Shown here: positions 61,835-64,000 of the stretch, piece after piece
Position numbering within the stretch: position 1 is the stretch's first letter
Layout of the letters: each line of letters opens with the position of its first letter
Source of the DNA: Actinomycetota bacterium
GTDB lineage: Bacteria > Actinomycetota > Actinomycetes > Nanopelagicales > Nanopelagicaceae
Direction: 5' to 3'
Assembly: GCA_947372165.1 (NCBI GenBank)
Contig: CANBSP010000003.1
Span: forward strand, 31,230 to 95,229
Length of the DNA: 64,000 nucleotides
Position numbers and translations under genes: made by a program
The notes under the pieces: generated by a model
What the model was told of the DNA's origin: nothing
The model's input: the letters and a program-made list of their open reading frames with translations, nothing else
The model's database searches: none

Positions 61835-62230
61835 GTGAAGTGGCTACGAGGAGTATCCGGTCGCAACCTAGCGGTGGCAACTGTTCTCTTCGTAGTCGCT
61901 ATTACTTTGGCGCCACCTCTTCAACGGTACTTTGCCCAACGGGCTCAGATCAACGCCCTTCGTGTCCAACTGCATGATTCGCAAGCAACTCTTGAAGCGG
62001 CTACTAATGAATTGGCTAAATGGGATGACCCAGCCTATGTGGCCTCGCAGGCCCGCTCACGTCTTCATTACATCTTTCCAGGAGAGCATCAATACATTGT
62101 CATAGGAGCCACGACGAGTTCGGCCTCCGCAGGTAAGGCGGCAGGCGAAATTTCGACTGATATCCCATCTGGCCTTCCTTGGTATGCAAAGGTGATCTCA
62201 TCCATCACGAGTACGAATGTGACCCCATAA
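61835..62230 (+). CDS. ftsB: Septum formation initiator family protein (FtsB/DivIC-like)
   Basis: Single N-terminal TM helix followed by a coiled-coil (RAQINALRVQLHDSQATLEAATNELAKW). Its position between eno and DUF501 matches Rv1024. Confidence 0.75.
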   Translation: MKWLRGVSGRNLAVATVLFVVAITLAPPLQRYFAQRAQINALRVQLHDSQATLEAATNELAKWDDPAYVASQARSRLHYIFPGEHQYIVIGATTSSASAGKAAGEISTDIPSGLPWYAKVISSITSTNVTP

Positions 62231-62232
62231 CC

Positions 62233-62727
62233 ATGGCGCATGAAAAACCCACCCAAGCCGATCTCGATGTGATCGCGCTTCAACTAGGCCGCACACCTCG
62301 CGATGTTCATGCCATCTCATCTCGTTGCCCATGCGGCAAACCGGCAGTCGTCGCAACGCCACCACGACTTTCTGATGGAACACCTTTTCCAACTTTTTAT
62401 TATGCAACCTGCCCAAAACTTACCGGCGCAATTTCTACGTTAGAGACGACTGGCATGATGGCGCAGATGGAAGCCAGACTCGAAACAGATCCAGATATAG
62501 CAGCGGCCTATCAGAAGGCACATGAAAGTTATCTGGCCGCTCGCGATGCACTGGGATTAGATGTCCCAGAAGTAGCGGGAATCACTGCTGGTGGCATGCC
62601 AACCCGCGTGAAGTGCCTACATTCGCTCGTTGCCCACTCACTGAGTGCCGGCCCCGGAGTTAATCCATTTGGCGATGAGGCCTTAGCAGCTCTTCCGGAA
62701 TGGTGGGCGGGTGAGCCATGCGAGTAG
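62233..62727 (+). CDS. DUF501 domain protein
   Basis: ORF trimmed to ATG 62233. CPCGKP...YYATCP...KCLH cysteine pattern. Its position before ppx matches Rv1025. Confidence 0.7.
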   Translation: MAHEKPTQADLDVIALQLGRTPRDVHAISSRCPCGKPAVVATPPRLSDGTPFPTFYYATCPKLTGAISTLETTGMMAQMEARLETDPDIAAAYQKAHESYLAARDALGLDVPEVAGITAGGMPTRVKCLHSLVAHSLSAGPGVNPFGDEALAALPEWWAGEPCE

Positions 62728-63638
62728 CTGCCATCGATTGTGGAACCAACTCCATCCGATTGTTGATAGCAGATATTCACGATGGCCAATTCAAAGAGGT
62801 CCATCGCCAGATGGAGGTCGTGCGATTAGGTCAAGGCGTTGATCAAAATAAAGCATTTGATCCTGAAGCGATTGAACGCACTCTCAAGGTAACCCACATT
62901 TACGCTGGCTTGATTGCCGCTAAAGGCGTTGAACGAGTGAGGTTCTGTGCAACGAGCGCAACTCGGGATGCAACGAATCGCCAGATCTTTATCGATGGCG
63001 TCAAGGAGATCTTGGGAATCGAGCCAGAAGTAATTCCAGGAGTAGAAGAGGCTGCACTCTCTTTCATGGGAGCAACAAAAGAACTTCACACCGCCGATGG
63101 CCCCTTTCTTGTCGTCGATATTGGCGGTGGCTCTACCGAGTTCGTACTTGGAACTCAGAAGGTCGAAGCAGCAAAGTCGGTCAACATTGGTTGTGTCCGA
63201 ATGGCAGAACGCCATCTCAATCAACAACCGCCCAGCGCTCAATCAATAGCATCAGCAACGAGTGATATCGATACCGCGATCTCAGCCGCTGCGGAGAGCG
63301 TTGCGATCACGGAAGCGAAGAGCCTCGTCTGTGTAGCAGGTACCGCCACAACCGTCGCTGCCGCAGCACTTGGTTTAACTGAATACGATCGTTATGCAAT
63401 CCACCTCTCTCGAATACCTGCGCAGAAAGCTCATGATGTTGCTGCAATGTTCCAATCTATGACGAGAGATGAGATTGCAGCGCTTGGCTATATGCACCCT
63501 GGTCGGGTTGATGTCATTACTGCTGGATCCCTAGTTCTCTCTCGCGTTCTGCACGCGACCGGAGCAAAGGAATTCATCGCTTCTGAGTCAGATATTTTGG
63601 ATGGCATCGCCTGGGGCCTGGCGAGTGAGCAACGCTAA
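62718..63638 (+). CDS. ppx: Exopolyphosphatase, Ppx/GppA family
   Basis: [13 protein letters not shown] and [10 protein letters not shown] (ASKHA fold phosphate loops). Confidence 0.9.
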   Translation: MRVAAIDCGTNSIRLLIADIHDGQFKEVHRQMEVVRLGQGVDQNKAFDPEAIERTLKVTHIYAGLIAAKGVERVRFCATSATRDATNRQIFIDGVKEILGIEPEVIPGVEEAALSFMGATKELHTADGPFLVVDIGGGSTEFVLGTQKVEAAKSVNIGCVRMAERHLNQQPPSAQSIASATSDIDTAISAAAESVAITEAKSLVCVAGTATTVAAAALGLTEYDRYAIHLSRIPAQKAHDVAAMFQSMTRDEIAALGYMHPGRVDVITAGSLVLSRVLHATGAKEFIASESDILDGIAWGLASEQR

Positions 63639-64000
63639 ATCTCTGCCGTTACTCGATAAGGCAATTATTAAGTGCACCCTCTGTCCGCGATTGGTCCAGT
63701 GGCGAGAAGAAGTTGCTATCACTAAACGGAAGGCATACGAGAATGAGGAGTACTGGGGAAAGCCAGTTCCTGGTTTTGGCCCAGCTGATGCCCGCTACGT
63801 TATTTTAGGTTTAGCACCTGGGGCGCACGGAGCTAATCGCACCGGGAGAGTATTTACTGGTGATTCATCAGGGGATTGGCTCTATCGAGCACTTCATCAA
63901 GCTGGATTAGCGAAACTTCCAACCAGTACTTCGCGTGATGATGGCCAAGAACTCTTCGAAACCAGAATTCTCTGTGCGGTCAGATGTGCTCCGCCAGATA
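63625..64000 (+). CDS. Uracil-DNA glycosylase, family 5 (UdgB-like), 3'-truncated by the window edge
   Basis: Own translation: ...CTLCPRL...[25 protein letters not shown]... The start is GTG 63625 or the in-frame ATG 63601. No stop lies within the window. Confidence 0.75.
   Translation, partial: MSNAKSLPLLDKAIIKCTLCPRLVQWREEVAITKRKAYENEEYWGKPVPGFGPADARYVILGLAPGAHGANRTGRVFTGDSSGDWLYRALHQAGLAKLPTSTSRDDGQELFETRILCAVRCAPPD

Overview
This 64-kb window looks like densely packed, mostly conserved chromosomal core of an actinobacterium (Actinomycetota). GC appears moderate but was not computed. Packing is tight, with many gene junctions of 0-50 nt or overlapping. I call about 60 protein genes and 2 tRNAs (Arg-CCT, Gln-TTG).

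Gene content, left to right:
- a peptide ABC importer operon with two peptidases and an SDR
- PIG-L deacetylase, pcrA, sucCD, a PerM-like membrane protein, purN, purH, folD, mdh, icd
- an orphan MsiK-like sugar ABC ATPase and a CIRCE-controlled groEL
- DUF3027, a cold-shock protein, an MFS transporter, serC, pdxH, citrate synthase, photolyase
- a small non-core patch: membrane GGDEF cyclase, exported Rieske protein, secreted helical protein
- purU, an MMPL transporter, an FmdB zinc-ribbon protein, CopC plus a CopD/CtaG fusion
- 5-formyl-THF cyclo-ligase, a degenerate MoeA (Glp-like), rimJ, a GlpR-like membrane protein
- PMT mannosyltransferase, rsmI, metG, tatD, rsmA, ispE, glmU, prs, rplY, pth, ppc, mfd
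- a lipoprotein, mazG, eno, ftsB, DUF501, ppx and a partial family-5 uracil-DNA glycosylase

The order is a strongly compacted version of neighbourhoods known from Mycobacterium tuberculosis (roughly Rv0884c to Rv1026).

I see no rRNA, CRISPR array, transposase, integrase or prophage. I also see no recognisable defence, secretion or biosynthetic cluster, so I cannot point to a clear novel multi-gene system.

The observations worth a second look are mostly small-scale:
- a recurring TANNNT-N6-start-codon layout implying many leaderless genes, including a perfect palindrome that supplies mirror-image -10 boxes to two divergent genes
- three short tandem arrays: 13 bp x5.5 between convergent stop codons, 18 bp x3 upstream of groEL, and a 10-bp phased CTAG array upstream of the cold-shock gene
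- an internally deleted, motif-less MoeA paralogue in the Glp/GlpR cell-division neighbourhood
- a GGDEF / exported Rieske / secreted protein trio
- a peptide-import operon that combines an Ntn asparaginase-like hydrolase with an M55 D-aminopeptidase

All functional calls come from reading the translated ORFs and motifs by eye. No searches were run.
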